The notes under the pieces were generated by a model. It worked only from the letters and a program-made list of their open reading frames with translations. It was not told where the DNA came from and ran no database searches. Shown piece by piece: positions 33,756 to 43,741 of a stretch of 64,000 bases of DNA (the stretch's first letter is position 1; each line of letters starts with the position of its first letter). Made by a program: the position numbers and the translations under genes. Where the stretch lies: the IMG/VR virus record IMGVR_UViG_3300013094_000017, positions 1 through 64,000 of that record; one strand, written 5' to 3'.

Positions 33756-35855
33756 ATGGCATTGCCTCAATGGATTACTCCGGCAGGATTCCTAGGAACT
33801 GCCACTGAAAGAGTACACACATCTTTTCCGTTAGCAACACAGACCACCTCTACATTTTCTGTAATAAGCGGCACATTGCCAGGCGGGTTATACCTAGCCA
33901 ATACAGGAACAATCTACGGAACTCCATTTAGCGTTGGGCAAACAATTACCTCACAATTCGTAATCCGTGCAGCAAACAGCAACGGCATTACTGATCGTAC
34001 ATTTATTATAGATACCCAAGGAGCAACTGATCCAGTCTGGCTTACTCCTGCAGGTTATCTATCAGTAGGCCTAGGTGGTCAATCTTATGTGGTCAATAAA
34101 GAATACGTTGATTATCAATTTAGTGCGATATATGATGTATTACCTCCAGGACAAAAATTAAGATACTACATTGGCGATATGGAAGGAGACCTTCCTCCAG
34201 GATTAACATTAAGTGAAGATGGTAGACTATCTGGATATGTTACTGATACATTAGGTATCGATGTATTAGTTTCACCAGTCGGCGGATATGATAACGAAAC
34301 ATACGATAACTATCCTTACGATCATGCGACAGTATTCGCCGGTGGGGTGGTCAATCAACGTCCTACATTCTTAGCAAAAGTTTATCAATTTTATATTACT
34401 GTCACAGACGGGATCGCTAGCGCACGCAGATTATTCCAAATTAAGATAGAAGATCCAAGCTCGTTTAGAGTAGATACTACATTAATCGACGGTGACTCTA
34501 CAATTTACACAGCAGACAGTTCTTATCTAATCACACCATCTTGGATAAGTCCTATCAATTTAGGCTACGTTAGAGCCAGCAATTATCAAGTTATACAATT
34601 ATCCACATATGATCCAGACCCTAATACAGGACCTACTACCTACGATTGGACCACTCCAACTACTAACATAGACGGATCACCTAGTGTACATCCTCCGTAT
34701 TTTGATCTCGACCCAGTAACTGGAGTGTTATTTGCTAGATTACCTTACGAACCTATATACAATACTCCTTATAACTTTACTGTAAGATTAATCAAAACTG
34801 ATGTCAATTCAGGCGAATCATCATATCGCGATCGTACGTTTACTCTTACGATCAAAGGCAATGTTGATAACACATTAGAATTTGTGACTGCTAACGATCT
34901 TGGATCTATATCTCCAGGGTATGTCAGCGAGTTAGCAATAGTAGCACAACACACATCTACCCCTACTGCTATTCAATATCAATTGACTGGAGGACGATTG
35001 CCTTCCGGGCTATCATTAGCCAGCGATGGTACTATTATAGGTCGTGTAAATTACAATTCACAAACTTATTTTGATCTTGAAAATTACGGATTTAATGCAT
35101 TTACGTTAGATCACGGAGCAACAACTGTGGATAAAGACTATGTCTTTACAGTACAGGCTACAGATGTGTATCAAAAAAACATAATAGATCAACAGTTTAC
35201 AATCACAGTAGATGAATATAATATCAACGAATACGTACGAATGTACATAGCACCTTATATGTCGTCTACTGATAGAAAACTATTTGAAGATTTTATAACG
35301 GATCCTTATGTGTTTGACACATCAATGCTATATAGACCGTTAGATCCAGAGTTTGGTGTGCAAACTAATATGAAATTTGTCTTAGAATACGGTATACAGA
35401 AAGAAACTTTAAGAACGTATGCAGCCACAATGAACAATCTATTCAAAGAACAACGTCTTTTATTCAACGGATTAAAGACCGCAGTTTCTAAAGATAGTAA
35501 TAGCAATGTGATGTACGAAGTAGTTTATGTAGAATTAATCGACGAAGCAAATATTGTCATCGATTCTATAAAGAATCATTTGGATGCTAATTTCTTAACT
35601 GACGAATATACCATGCCTAACTGGATGAGATCTATACAATCTTCATACGGATCTCCTCCTGGATATGTTAAAGCATTACCATTATGCTATGCATTGCCTG
35701 GCATGAGTAATATTATATTAGAACGTATTGCTTTATACGGATTTGATTTTAATCAATTAAATTTCGTAGCTGACAGAGTTTTACTATCATCAACTACTGA
35801 TCACCCGGACACTAAGTATTTGTTATTCCCTAATAGGATGGCAATTCCAGGATAA
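33756..35855 (+). CDS. Virion structural protein with Ig/cadherin-like repeats
   Basis: Repeated (S/T)G.LP.GL.L...G.I.G motifs and P.W.TPAG.LG. Confidence 0.8.
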   Translation: MALPQWITPAGFLGTATERVHTSFPLATQTTSTFSVISGTLPGGLYLANTGTIYGTPFSVGQTITSQFVIRAANSNGITDRTFIIDTQGATDPVWLTPAGYLSVGLGGQSYVVNKEYVDYQFSAIYDVLPPGQKLRYYIGDMEGDLPPGLTLSEDGRLSGYVTDTLGIDVLVSPVGGYDNETYDNYPYDHATVFAGGVVNQRPTFLAKVYQFYITVTDGIASARRLFQIKIEDPSSFRVDTTLIDGDSTIYTADSSYLITPSWISPINLGYVRASNYQVIQLSTYDPDPNTGPTTYDWTTPTTNIDGSPSVHPPYFDLDPVTGVLFARLPYEPIYNTPYNFTVRLIKTDVNSGESSYRDRTFTLTIKGNVDNTLEFVTANDLGSISPGYVSELAIVAQHTSTPTAIQYQLTGGRLPSGLSLASDGTIIGRVNYNSQTYFDLENYGFNAFTLDHGATTVDKDYVFTVQATDVYQKNIIDQQFTITVDEYNINEYVRMYIAPYMSSTDRKLFEDFITDPYVFDTSMLYRPLDPEFGVQTNMKFVLEYGIQKETLRTYAATMNNLFKEQRLLFNGLKTAVSKDSNSNVMYEVVYVELIDEANIVIDSIKNHLDANFLTDEYTMPNWMRSIQSSYGSPPGYVKALPLCYALPGMSNIILERIALYGFDFNQLNFVADRVLLSSTTDHPDTKYLLFPNRMAIPG

Positions 35856-35904
35856 TCGCCTGACAATACGATTTGAATAAATATTTCTAAACAGAGGATT
35901 TACA

Positions 35905-36468
35905 ATGAGCAGCAATATAAACACAGTCGCAGCAAATATAGACGCTACATTTCCAGTAGCAGGACAGGATAATTCTAGCCAAGGATTCCGTGATAATTTC
36001 AGTGCTATTAAACTAGCGTTTAGTACAGCAACTACTGAGATATCAAACTTACAACTTAATTCTGCTCAAGTAAATCGATCAAACGATTTCCAATTTAATG
36101 GAAGTTTATTACGTGCCAAGATACAGAATAGTGGGTTTGTGGCAAATAATAATGCTACAACCAGTGGTGAACTTGATTATAGTCAGGCTAATTATAATAA
36201 AGTAACTACAACAACTGCTACTTCTACAACAACATTCTATGTTACCAACTGGCCAACTACTGGCATATATGCGCAGGTAAGATTAGAAGTTGTTGCACCA
36301 TCAACAGGTCCACAAGATATTAATTTTTCTGCACCAAATAGCGGTGTTATTCGCACTACTGCTTCATTCCCATATACTATCAACACTTCTACTACTACTG
36401 TTTGGGATCTATGGTCAACTGATGCAGGTGCTAATGTATTTGTTAATTTAGTGGGCGGTCCTTACTAA
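35905..36468 (+). CDS. Probable virion structural protein
   Basis: Thr/Asn-rich with FPVAGQDNSSQGFRDNF; TAAATA at 35878. Confidence 0.7.
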   Translation: MSSNINTVAANIDATFPVAGQDNSSQGFRDNFSAIKLAFSTATTEISNLQLNSAQVNRSNDFQFNGSLLRAKIQNSGFVANNNATTSGELDYSQANYNKVTTTTATSTTTFYVTNWPTTGIYAQVRLEVVAPSTGPQDINFSAPNSGVIRTTASFPYTINTSTTTVWDLWSTDAGANVFVNLVGGPY

Positions 36469-36469
36469 T

Positions 36470-36712
36470 ATGTTTCATCCGTTACTAGGTAACCTAACAG
36501 AAATCAAAGAACAAGACCTTGAAGTTAAGATTGCGGAATTAAGTAGAAAATACTCAATTGCTGCTAGAATGGGCGACGGTGGATTATGTAGTCAAATATT
36601 AATGGCCCTCGAACAATATAAAGCTGAACAACAGATGCGTCTTCAAGCAAAATCAAAAATCAATATGAAGAACCAAGACAAAGATTTAGATGATTTAATA
36701 AATGTTGACTGA
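36470..36712 (+). CDS. Hypothetical protein
   Basis: ORF track. Confidence 0.7.
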   Translation: MFHPLLGNLTEIKEQDLEVKIAELSRKYSIAARMGDGGLCSQILMALEQYKAEQQMRLQAKSKINMKNQDKDLDDLINVD

Positions 36713-37271
36713 TTCTTCTGAGTTCTTTACCTGGCCAACTAACTTTTCTTGCATCTTAGTAGTCGATGATGTAATCTTACCTATTAATTACGACCTTACC
36801 GTAAGTATGATGCCCAGCAATGGTCACAGTATATCCGGTATAGGATTGACAAAAATCAAAGAGTTTACTAACAGATTTGTTCAAAATTCGGTCATAATAG
36901 ATCAAAATAATGAGTTTTTGGAGCAGTTATCTACCCTAGATACTACTACCATACAACTACCACAAGAACCCAGCGATTACTTTTTTGCCAATACATTGTT
37001 CTATAAACTATCAGCTATTGCACGAGATTATTTCTCTATTCGCCAAATAACCATTGACAGCACGGTAGGTAATCGTGTAAAATATCAAGTAAATGAAACT
37101 TCCACAGCATACAAAGACATACTTGATGAAGAAGGTTGGTGGTCACGAGATGACGTTAGCACAAACAACACACAATATTTCCCACGTTGGGAAGACCTCA
37201 ACATCTATGTTGCTCCAAAGTTTTCTGCGCGAGTAGTCAGGGGTGGCCGGGGTGAAACTAAATCAATATAA
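36702..37271 (+). CDS. Hypothetical protein
   Basis: ORF track. Confidence 0.75.
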   Translation: MLTDSSEFFTWPTNFSCILVVDDVILPINYDLTVSMMPSNGHSISGIGLTKIKEFTNRFVQNSVIIDQNNEFLEQLSTLDTTTIQLPQEPSDYFFANTLFYKLSAIARDYFSIRQITIDSTVGNRVKYQVNETSTAYKDILDEEGWWSRDDVSTNNTQYFPRWEDLNIYVAPKFSARVVRGGRGETKSI

Positions 37272-37779
37272 CGAAGTAATAGTAGACGAACAGGATATCC
37301 TCAAGGGATTATATTCTGGGCAGATTAGTTCGTTCTCAAGATTAAACATCAAAGATCCTAATTTAATCCAACAGTTCAATAGCAATGTAGAAATAAACGC
37401 TGACAGTATCGATCGTATGATCGAGTATGTAGAACCCACTTGCTCGGTTGAGGAGTTCGATTTACGCAATCAACAACAATGGTTTATTCCAAAAGAATAT
37501 AAGGATCTGCGCATTGAAGAATTCTTATTAGATCAATGTACTACAGAAGAACAAACAGAACGAGTATTACAAGAGTTAGAACTGTTTTTCCAGCATGACA
37601 TGATAGACGTTCTAGTATGCGTTAAATACTTGGTAGATTATATGCGCAAGCATAATATAGTATGGGGATTAGGTAGAGGAAGTAGTGTAGCAAGTTACTG
37701 TTTATACTTAATAGGCATACATAAGGTTGATAGTATAAAATATCAATTAGACATAAAAGAGTTCCTAAAGGGAGAATAA
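37243..37779 (+). CDS. Stand-alone fragment homologous to the DNA polymerase III alpha (DnaE) palm N-terminal part
   Basis: R...EL...........YLVD.MRK.NIVWGLGRGSSVASYCLYLIGIHKVD.IKY.L...FL. Confidence 0.8.
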   Translation: MAGVKLNQYNEVIVDEQDILKGLYSGQISSFSRLNIKDPNLIQQFNSNVEINADSIDRMIEYVEPTCSVEEFDLRNQQQWFIPKEYKDLRIEEFLLDQCTTEEQTERVLQELELFFQHDMIDVLVCVKYLVDYMRKHNIVWGLGRGSSVASYCLYLIGIHKVDSIKYQLDIKEFLKGE

Positions 37780-37780
37780 A

Positions 37781-38080
37781 ATGGCAAAACAAATTTATAG
37801 ATCAATGCAGGGTAAAGAAGTAGACATGGACGCACTATTAGCGAAAAATGAAACTATGCCTGCTGTAGGTAATATTCGTGTTAACGCACGTGGTGACGAA
37901 TTAGGCCCAGGCGGCAAGATTATCAAAAAACGCGAAGATGTTGTAGCGGAATATTATGAAGATAATCCAAATGCAACTCCAGAACGCAATGCAGCACCAG
38001 TGGCTCCTGCTCCTGCGGCAAAACCTGCTCCGGCAGCAAAAACTGCTCCAGCGAAAGATCTAAAGGCAACAAATGAATAG
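37781..38080 (+). CDS. Hypothetical protein with Pro/Ala tail
   Basis: ORF track, GGGAG RBS. Confidence 0.75.
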   Translation: MAKQIYRSMQGKEVDMDALLAKNETMPAVGNIRVNARGDELGPGGKIIKKREDVVAEYYEDNPNATPERNAAPVAPAPAAKPAPAAKTAPAKDLKATNE

Positions 38081-38459
38081 AGTACTAGGCACGCTTATTC
38101 CATTAAGAGACAAGATCTTTGTCAGCGAAATGCATTTTGGCGAAGAGAAAACTGAATCAGGTCTTTATCTGCCATCAGACGATGGTAAAGGTTCAGGCAT
38201 TCATCCTCGTTGGTGTAAGGTGTATGCTGTAGGTCCAGAACAAGAAGATGTTCAGGTAGGAGAATGGATCTTGCTCGAACATGCTCGATGGAGCCGCGGC
38301 ATTACCTACGTCCAAGAGGATGGTACAGAAGTTGAATTATTTCTAGCGGACAATAAGGCAATCTTATTAGTCAGCGATGAAAAACCAAGCAATACAACCG
38401 TACGGGCCGAAGCAGCAGGTGCTGGCTCAAACTTTAACTTTAATATTCCAGGTGCTTAA
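38073..38459 (+). CDS. groES: GroES-like co-chaperonin
   Basis: LIPLRDKIFV, KTESGLYLP, VYAVGP, VQVGEWIL. Confidence 0.8.
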   Translation: MNRVLGTLIPLRDKIFVSEMHFGEEKTESGLYLPSDDGKGSGIHPRWCKVYAVGPEQEDVQVGEWILLEHARWSRGITYVQEDGTEVELFLADNKAILLVSDEKPSNTTVRAEAAGAGSNFNFNIPGA

Positions 38460-38460
38460 T

Positions 38461-38826
38461 ATGAATGTCTTTAGAGATCAAGAAAAATTCATGCGAGCCT
38501 GCGACCAATCCGTCGAAGGCTTTAATGAAGATCAGTTTAATCTTTACACAAGTTTAATCCAAGAAGAAGTAGACGAGCTTTGGGCCGCTAACGCTGCGGC
38601 TGACAAGGTAGAAACCTTAGATGCTCTTATTGACATCTTAGTAGTAACCATCGGTGCAATACATAGTATGGGTGCCGACGGCGAAGGTGCATGGAAAGAA
38701 GTCATGCAGACTAATTTTGCCAAAATTGACCGAGAGACAGGCAAGGTACGCAAGCGTGAAGATGGTAAAGTATTAAAACCCGTAGGTTGGGTTCCTCCAA
38801 ACTTAGAAACGTTTGTTTCTAAATAA
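38461..38826 (+). CDS. MazG/PRA-PH-like nucleoside triphosphate pyrophosphohydrolase
   Basis: LIQEEVDEL, DALIDILVV, EVMQTNFAK and REDGKVLKP. Confidence 0.82.
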   Translation: MNVFRDQEKFMRACDQSVEGFNEDQFNLYTSLIQEEVDELWAANAAADKVETLDALIDILVVTIGAIHSMGADGEGAWKEVMQTNFAKIDRETGKVRKREDGKVLKPVGWVPPNLETFVSK

Positions 38827-38829
38827 TCA

Positions 38830-38867
38830 CAATAGGGCTTGACAGGCCCTATTTTTTTCTGTATAAT
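38830..38867 (+). terminator. Intrinsic terminator whose loop is the -35 box of the next sigma70 promoter
   Basis: AATAGGGC-TTGACAG-GCCCTATT-TTTTT. TTGACA at 38839 and TATAAT at 38862 (17-nt spacer). Confidence 0.8.
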
Positions 38868-38873
38868 AACTGT

Positions 38874-39095
38874 ATGAAAAACCATTGTCAGGATATTCAA
38901 ATAATGTCATCACCTAACACAGGTAGTATTACATTCGCTCCTTCCGGGGATGGCGAAGTGCCAATGTTAAGGATTGGACCAGACGGCTTCTATGTGCGTG
39001 GTGTTAAGGTGCCGGTAGATGAGAACGAAAGTATGGCTGTATTCAAAGCATTCAAGCAGTGGATGGTAGAGGTAGAATTAAGGAGACCCTATTGA
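38874..39095 (+). CDS. Hypothetical protein
   Basis: ORF track. Confidence 0.6.
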   Translation: MKNHCQDIQIMSSPNTGSITFAPSGDGEVPMLRIGPDGFYVRGVKVPVDENESMAVFKAFKQWMVEVELRRPY

Positions 39096-39571
39096 TATTC
39101 AATAAAGTAAAAGATCTTAAAGACCAAGGCAAAAAAATTGGTATTGTGTTCAGCACCTTTGATATGTTACACGCTGGGCATATTGCTATGTTAGCAGAAG
39201 CAAAGAATCACTGTGATTATCTAATTGCTGGATTACAAACTGATCCAACATTAGATCGCCCAGACACAAAGAATCCTCCAGTGCAGAGCATTGTAGAAAG
39301 ACAAATTCAATTAAGTGCTACACGATTTGTTGACGAGATTGTAGTCTATCAAACTGAACAGGATCTTGTTGACCTATTGCTTATTCTGCCAGTTGATGTT
39401 AGAATATTAGGTGAAGAATATAGAAATGTAGACTTTACAGGCAAGGGCGAATGTGTTGTACGTGGTATTGAAATCATCTACAATGAACGCTCACATTCAT
39501 TTAGTTCAAGCAGTTTACGCAAGCGTGTAGCACATGCAGAAACAACTAAACTTTTAAGGAGTGCAAAATGA
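39059..39571 (+). CDS. TagD-like cytidylyltransferase (true start probably near 39092)
   Basis: FDMLHAGH (HxGH), LQTDPT, ER..QL, RxH.FSSS.LR. Confidence 0.85.
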   Translation: MDGRGRIKETLLIFNKVKDLKDQGKKIGIVFSTFDMLHAGHIAMLAEAKNHCDYLIAGLQTDPTLDRPDTKNPPVQSIVERQIQLSATRFVDEIVVYQTEQDLVDLLLILPVDVRILGEEYRNVDFTGKGECVVRGIEIIYNERSHSFSSSSLRKRVAHAETTKLLRSAK

Positions 39572-39711
39572 TTATAGGTTTTATTATCTGGTTAGTATTG
39601 ATAGTTCTAGGATTAATGTTTCTTGCAGGCGCTAATAAAGGCGGTGGGTGTTGCGGAGGTAGTTGTAATCAAGGACGATCAAAATGCGAGGACAATTGTG
39701 AAGATAAGTGA
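39568..39711 (+). CDS. Membrane-anchored Cys-rich peptide (47 aa, MIIGFIIWLVLIVLGLMFLAGANKGGGCCGGSCNQGRSKCEDNCEDK)
   Basis: Manual ORF with AAGGAG RBS; ATGA overlap with the upstream stop. Confidence 0.75.
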   Translation: MIIGFIIWLVLIVLGLMFLAGANKGGGCCGGSCNQGRSKCEDNCEDK

Positions 39712-39883
39712 TAACGCAAAACTGCTTATAGCAGGAATAGCCTTGGCCCTAGTAATAATAGCACCATGGATTTGGCCCGAACATCATATAACTGTTATAT
39801 ACGATTGCAACATTTCAGAGATCTCGCCAGACATACCGGTAGCAGTTAAAGAACAATGTAGAAAATTAATGGAGAAGAAGTAA
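39698..39883 (+). CDS. Small membrane-anchored protein
   Basis: GTG start after GAGGA; C-terminal part of track ORF 39623..39883. Confidence 0.6.
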   Translation: MKISDNAKLLIAGIALALVIIAPWIWPEHHITVIYDCNISEISPDIPVAVKEQCRKLMEKK

Positions 39884-40806
39884 TGGCAAAAGCATTATGG
39901 GTCGAACAATATCGTCCAAACACAGTAGCAGACTATGTGTTTCGCGATGACCATCAAAAGAAACAGGTCGCAACATGGATTAAAGAAGGTAGTTTCCCGC
40001 ATTTGCTTTTGAGTGGTAGCGCAGGTATTGGCAAGACTACTTTGGCAAAAGTGTTAATCCACGAGATTGGCATCGAAGATTATGATGTATTACAGATCAA
40101 TGCATCACGCACAAACTCAGTAGAAGATGTCCGTGACAAGATCACAAACTTTGTTCAATCAATGCCGTTTGGTGCTTTCAAAGTGGTATTGTTAGACGAA
40201 GCTGATTACCTAACTCCAAATGCGCAGGCTGCCCTACGTGGTGTTATGGAAGAATATTCAAACACTGCCCGCTTTATCCTAACCTGCAATTATCCAAATC
40301 GTATCATTCCAGCGATTCATAGTCGTTGTCAAGGATTCCACGTTGAGAAAATTGACCAAACTGAATTTACTGCGCGAGTAGCAACTATTCTAGTAACTGA
40401 AAATATCGACTTTGATTTGGACACGTTAGACACCTACATTAAAGTAACCTATCCCGATTTGCGTAAATGTATTAATATGGTACAACAAAATACGCAGGAT
40501 GGCAAATTATTATCCGCTAGTCAAGGAGATGCTGGACAAGTTGATTATAAAGTAGAAATGGTCGAATTATTCAAAGCAGGCAAAATCCAACAGGCCCGTA
40601 AACTTGTTTGTGCTTCAGCTCGTCCAGAAGAAATGGAAGATATCTATCGATGGTTGTATGACAACTTAGATTTGTTTGGCAAGGATGACGAAACTAAAGA
40701 TCAAGCACTATTAATTATTAAACAAGGGTTAATAGATCATACTATTTGTGCCGACAGCGAAATAAATCTTGCGGCCTGTTTGGTTAAACTAGCGCGACTT
40801 CAATAA
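39883..40806 (+). CDS. Clamp loader AAA+ subunit (RFC-small/T4 gp44-like)
   Basis: WVEQYRP, GSAGIGKTT, LDEADYLT, SRC and DLRK motifs. Confidence 0.92.
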   Translation: MAKALWVEQYRPNTVADYVFRDDHQKKQVATWIKEGSFPHLLLSGSAGIGKTTLAKVLIHEIGIEDYDVLQINASRTNSVEDVRDKITNFVQSMPFGAFKVVLLDEADYLTPNAQAALRGVMEEYSNTARFILTCNYPNRIIPAIHSRCQGFHVEKIDQTEFTARVATILVTENIDFDLDTLDTYIKVTYPDLRKCINMVQQNTQDGKLLSASQGDAGQVDYKVEMVELFKAGKIQQARKLVCASARPEEMEDIYRWLYDNLDLFGKDDETKDQALLIIKQGLIDHTICADSEINLAACLVKLARLQ

Positions 40807-40848
40807 AAAAGCGATGTAGTTCCATTGCAGGTGTATACTACATCGCTC
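40806..40848. terminator. Hairpin between convergent genes
   Basis: AGCGATGTAGT...ACTACATCGCT preceded by an A run (T run on the - strand). Confidence 0.65.
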
Positions 40849-40864
40849 ACGTACTATATTATTA

Positions 40865-41617
40865 CTAATCTGTTTCTTTATAGATCGATAATATCTCCTT
40901 AACGACCGGGTGTCGCTCGATGTCTTTTGCTTCAAACCACGCCATATCAATTAGATTATGACGGTCTACTTGTTCGTATAATCCTACGAATTCTAGTAGG
41001 CCGTTTTCTCTAGGTCTATCAGCTTGGTTTAAGTCACCTGTTACAACCATACGAGAATTATCGCCTAGTCGAGTTAACAGCATTTTCATCTGGCTCGGTG
41101 TGGCATTCTGCATTTCGTCGGCGATGATAAATGAATTTTTGAAAGTGCGACCACGCATATAAGCAAGTGGGCTAATTTCAATAACACCATCGTCTAACAT
41201 ATCTGCTATTTCTCTTGGATGGTAGTACTCTTCGAATACATCCATAATAGGACGAGTCCAAGGTTCCATCTTTTGGTTTAAAGTACCAGGCAAAAATCCG
41301 TGGTCTTCGTCTACACTTACCGCAGGCCGTGTGATAACTATCTTGGTAATCACCCCCTCTTTTAATTGTTTAATGGCCATCTGAACACCAATCATTGTTT
41401 TGCCTGTACCAGCTGGGCCGATAGCAAACACTATACATTTCTTAGGGTTCTTTAATAGTTCTAGGTAAGTTTCTTGACTTAGATTACGCGGGATAATCTG
41501 TACTTGAGGCTTTCTTCGTAGACTTTGATTGAAGTTAATCAAGTTTCTACTGTCTTGTTGTGGGCGAGAGTCCTGCGCAAGCTGGACAACACGCTCTTTT
41601 CTTCTTGTTCTAGGCAA
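40865..41617 (-). CDS. phoH: PhoH-family ATPase
   Basis: GPAGTGKT, RPAV, GFLPG, PLAYMRGRT, DEMQN, TRLG, GD..Q.D and RHP.V. Confidence 0.93.
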   Translation of the reverse strand: MPRTRRKERVVQLAQDSRPQQDSRNLINFNQSLRRKPQVQIIPRNLSQETYLELLKNPKKCIVFAIGPAGTGKTMIGVQMAIKQLKEGVITKIVITRPAVSVDEDHGFLPGTLNQKMEPWTRPIMDVFEEYYHPREIADMLDDGVIEISPLAYMRGRTFKNSFIIADEMQNATPSQMKMLLTRLGDNSRMVVTGDLNQADRPRENGLLEFVGLYEQVDRHNLIDMAWFEAKDIERHPVVKEILSIYKETD

Positions 41618-41732
41618 AGTTTAACTCCTTCTGTGAACAAAACACCTGCATAGATATTTAAGTTAACTTTCAAAAACAGTAATCAAACGCCATTAAATCG
41701 GATCGTATAAATATAAACAAGAGAGAACCATT

Positions 41733-42260
41733 ATGCATGATATCGTAGATGTTATAAAAAACTTACAAACACTAACCGTAAACGACTCCGCATTTAAGAT
41801 CCTAAAGGATTTTGAACGTGTGTTAGACGAGTTAGACATTTATGTTTACAAGAACTGGGAAGATGGCGAGCTATTAGCTGGCCCAGACGTCGGTCGTTAC
41901 CTAGTCACTTGTAAATTCCTATGGCCATATGCAAGTATGCCAGATCCAGAAGGTGCAGAGCGTTTACTAGATTACGGGTGTGAAATCAAATATGAACGTA
42001 CAAAAATAATGATTCCACGCAAAGTACACAAACCAAGCGACTTCCGCCCTGGCACTAAGAAAGGCAAGATTGATCCACATCCAATTTGGGTAGTGACTAT
42101 CAGCATGCCTAAGAAATTAATGCAGGATATCTATCAAGGTTATAAAGAAAAAGACAGCGCAAGACTAGCCGACCTAATGAAATACGATCAACCAGAAATG
42201 ACTACTGGACAAGTAGCACCGGAGACTGAGCCAAATGCAGAACCGCCACAAACAGCCTAG
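41733..42260 (+). CDS. Hypothetical late protein
   Basis: ORF track; TATAAATA at 41706. Confidence 0.8.
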   Translation: MHDIVDVIKNLQTLTVNDSAFKILKDFERVLDELDIYVYKNWEDGELLAGPDVGRYLVTCKFLWPYASMPDPEGAERLLDYGCEIKYERTKIMIPRKVHKPSDFRPGTKKGKIDPHPIWVVTISMPKKLMQDIYQGYKEKDSARLADLMKYDQPEMTTGQVAPETEPNAEPPQTA

Positions 42261-42996
42261 ATTATTTGAAGGACTACGTTCTGGCGACTTAAAGAACATG
42301 GTTGATAATAGATTTACGGTAGACCAATACAAGAGCAAAATGGGACTAGACGATGATATCATTGTAATCTCATTCCGTGTTAAGGATAAATTTCCTGCTA
42401 CTGATCTAGTAGATTTCATTGAAAAAGGCTATCCATCAGTGTTAGATGCTGATATGAGCACAGGTGAAGAGAAAGATGGTGATTACGCAGTGTTTATCGA
42501 ATTAAAGCGTGATAAGAAGGTTGCTAAAGAATTAGATAGTATCCTTAGAGGTATGTCACAGTTATGCGATTGCAAGGATTGGCGCTTTAGATATTTCAAA
42601 GATGTTGAGTCACACGATTTCACAGTGGATGCGTTTGAACAATTTGTTCCACTAACTAAAGATGATTACCTAGCTCGCGTTAAACAGCAAAAAGTAACAG
42701 ATGTTAGCGATGTGCTTGATCAAGGCCCTGCATCAGTGGCAGATATCGACGAAAGCAATAATCTTACATTTAACAAAGTATATTCGGGCGACCTAACTGT
42801 ACAGTTAGAAGCTATCGGTACTTACGAAGATCTAAAAGAATCACTACAAGGTGGTATTCAATTAGATGAAGCAAGTCGTGGACAAACATTATACTTAGAA
42901 AAATACCTAGGCAATTATGATATTAACAAGATTAATAACAAATTCCTAATTAGAAATAAAGACAAAGCCGTAATCATCAGTAAAGGAGATTGGTAA
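42235..42996 (+). CDS. Hypothetical late protein
   Basis: ORF track. Confidence 0.75.
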   Translation: MQNRHKQPRLFEGLRSGDLKNMVDNRFTVDQYKSKMGLDDDIIVISFRVKDKFPATDLVDFIEKGYPSVLDADMSTGEEKDGDYAVFIELKRDKKVAKELDSILRGMSQLCDCKDWRFRYFKDVESHDFTVDAFEQFVPLTKDDYLARVKQQKVTDVSDVLDQGPASVADIDESNNLTFNKVYSGDLTVQLEAIGTYEDLKESLQGGIQLDEASRGQTLYLEKYLGNYDINKINNKFLIRNKDKAVIISKGDW

Positions 42997-43475
42997 TGGT
43001 TCAACTTACTTGGATTTTCAATTTAATTCCATTGAGCTTCTGGCATTGGTTAATAGATCTAATGCTGTTAGCTGGAATTGCTGGCATTATTGTTAGCATA
43101 TTCATTAAGGTCATTCCGTTTGTGAATAAATGGCGTTATATTATCAAACCAGTTAGTTTGGTGTTATTAGTAGTAGGTGCATATTTCAAAGGTGGATTTG
43201 TTGTAGAAGCGCAATGGCAGGCCAGAGTTGACGAAATGAAAGCCAAAGTTGCAGTTGCTGAAGAAAAAAGTAAAGAAACCAATGTCGAAATTCAAACTAA
43301 AATTGTAACTAGAACAAAACTGATCCATGATACTAAAATAATTACTAAACAAATTCTTAAAGAAAAAACAGTAGCAATTGATAACTGTAGCGTTCCAGAT
43401 GTTATTGTAGTATTAAACAAGGCAGCTACTCGCCCACAATTAGATTTATCATTACCTAAGGATGATGCAAAATGA
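42996..43475 (+). CDS. Putative inner-membrane spanin (Rz-like)
   Basis: N-terminal TM helices then a coiled coil, upstream of a lipoprotein and the endolysin. Confidence 0.65.
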   Translation: MVQLTWIFNLIPLSFWHWLIDLMLLAGIAGIIVSIFIKVIPFVNKWRYIIKPVSLVLLVVGAYFKGGFVVEAQWQARVDEMKAKVAVAEEKSKETNVEIQTKIVTRTKLIHDTKIITKQILKEKTVAIDNCSVPDVIVVLNKAATRPQLDLSLPKDDAK

Positions 43476-43741
43476 AAAGATTATTAGTGCTAATTCCTTT
43501 CGTATTATTATTAGGCTGTGATCAAGATGTCCCTGTTAAACCAGTATGGCCGGATATTCCTGCTGATCTTAAAGCCGCTTGCCCAGATTTAAAGCAAATT
43601 GATCCTAGTACAGCAAAATTAAGTCAAGTAATAGATACAGTAGTAGACAATTATAGTCAATATCACGAATGCCAAGACAAAGTAGACTTTTGGATGGAAT
43701 GGTATAAGAAACAACAAAAAATCTACGAGGATGTTAAATGA
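43472..43741 (+). CDS. Putative outer-membrane spanin lipoprotein (Rz1-like)
   Basis: Lipobox LLLG-C; Pro-rich with C...C...W. Confidence 0.7.
   Translation: MKRLLVLIPFVLLLGCDQDVPVKPVWPDIPADLKAACPDLKQIDPSTAKLSQVIDTVVDNYSQYHECQDKVDFWMEWYKKQQKIYEDVK

Noticed and set aside
39623-39697. N-terminal extension of track ORF 39623..39883
   Set aside because: This region is better explained by the overlapping Cys-rich peptide gene (39568-39711). The real start is the GTG at 39698.
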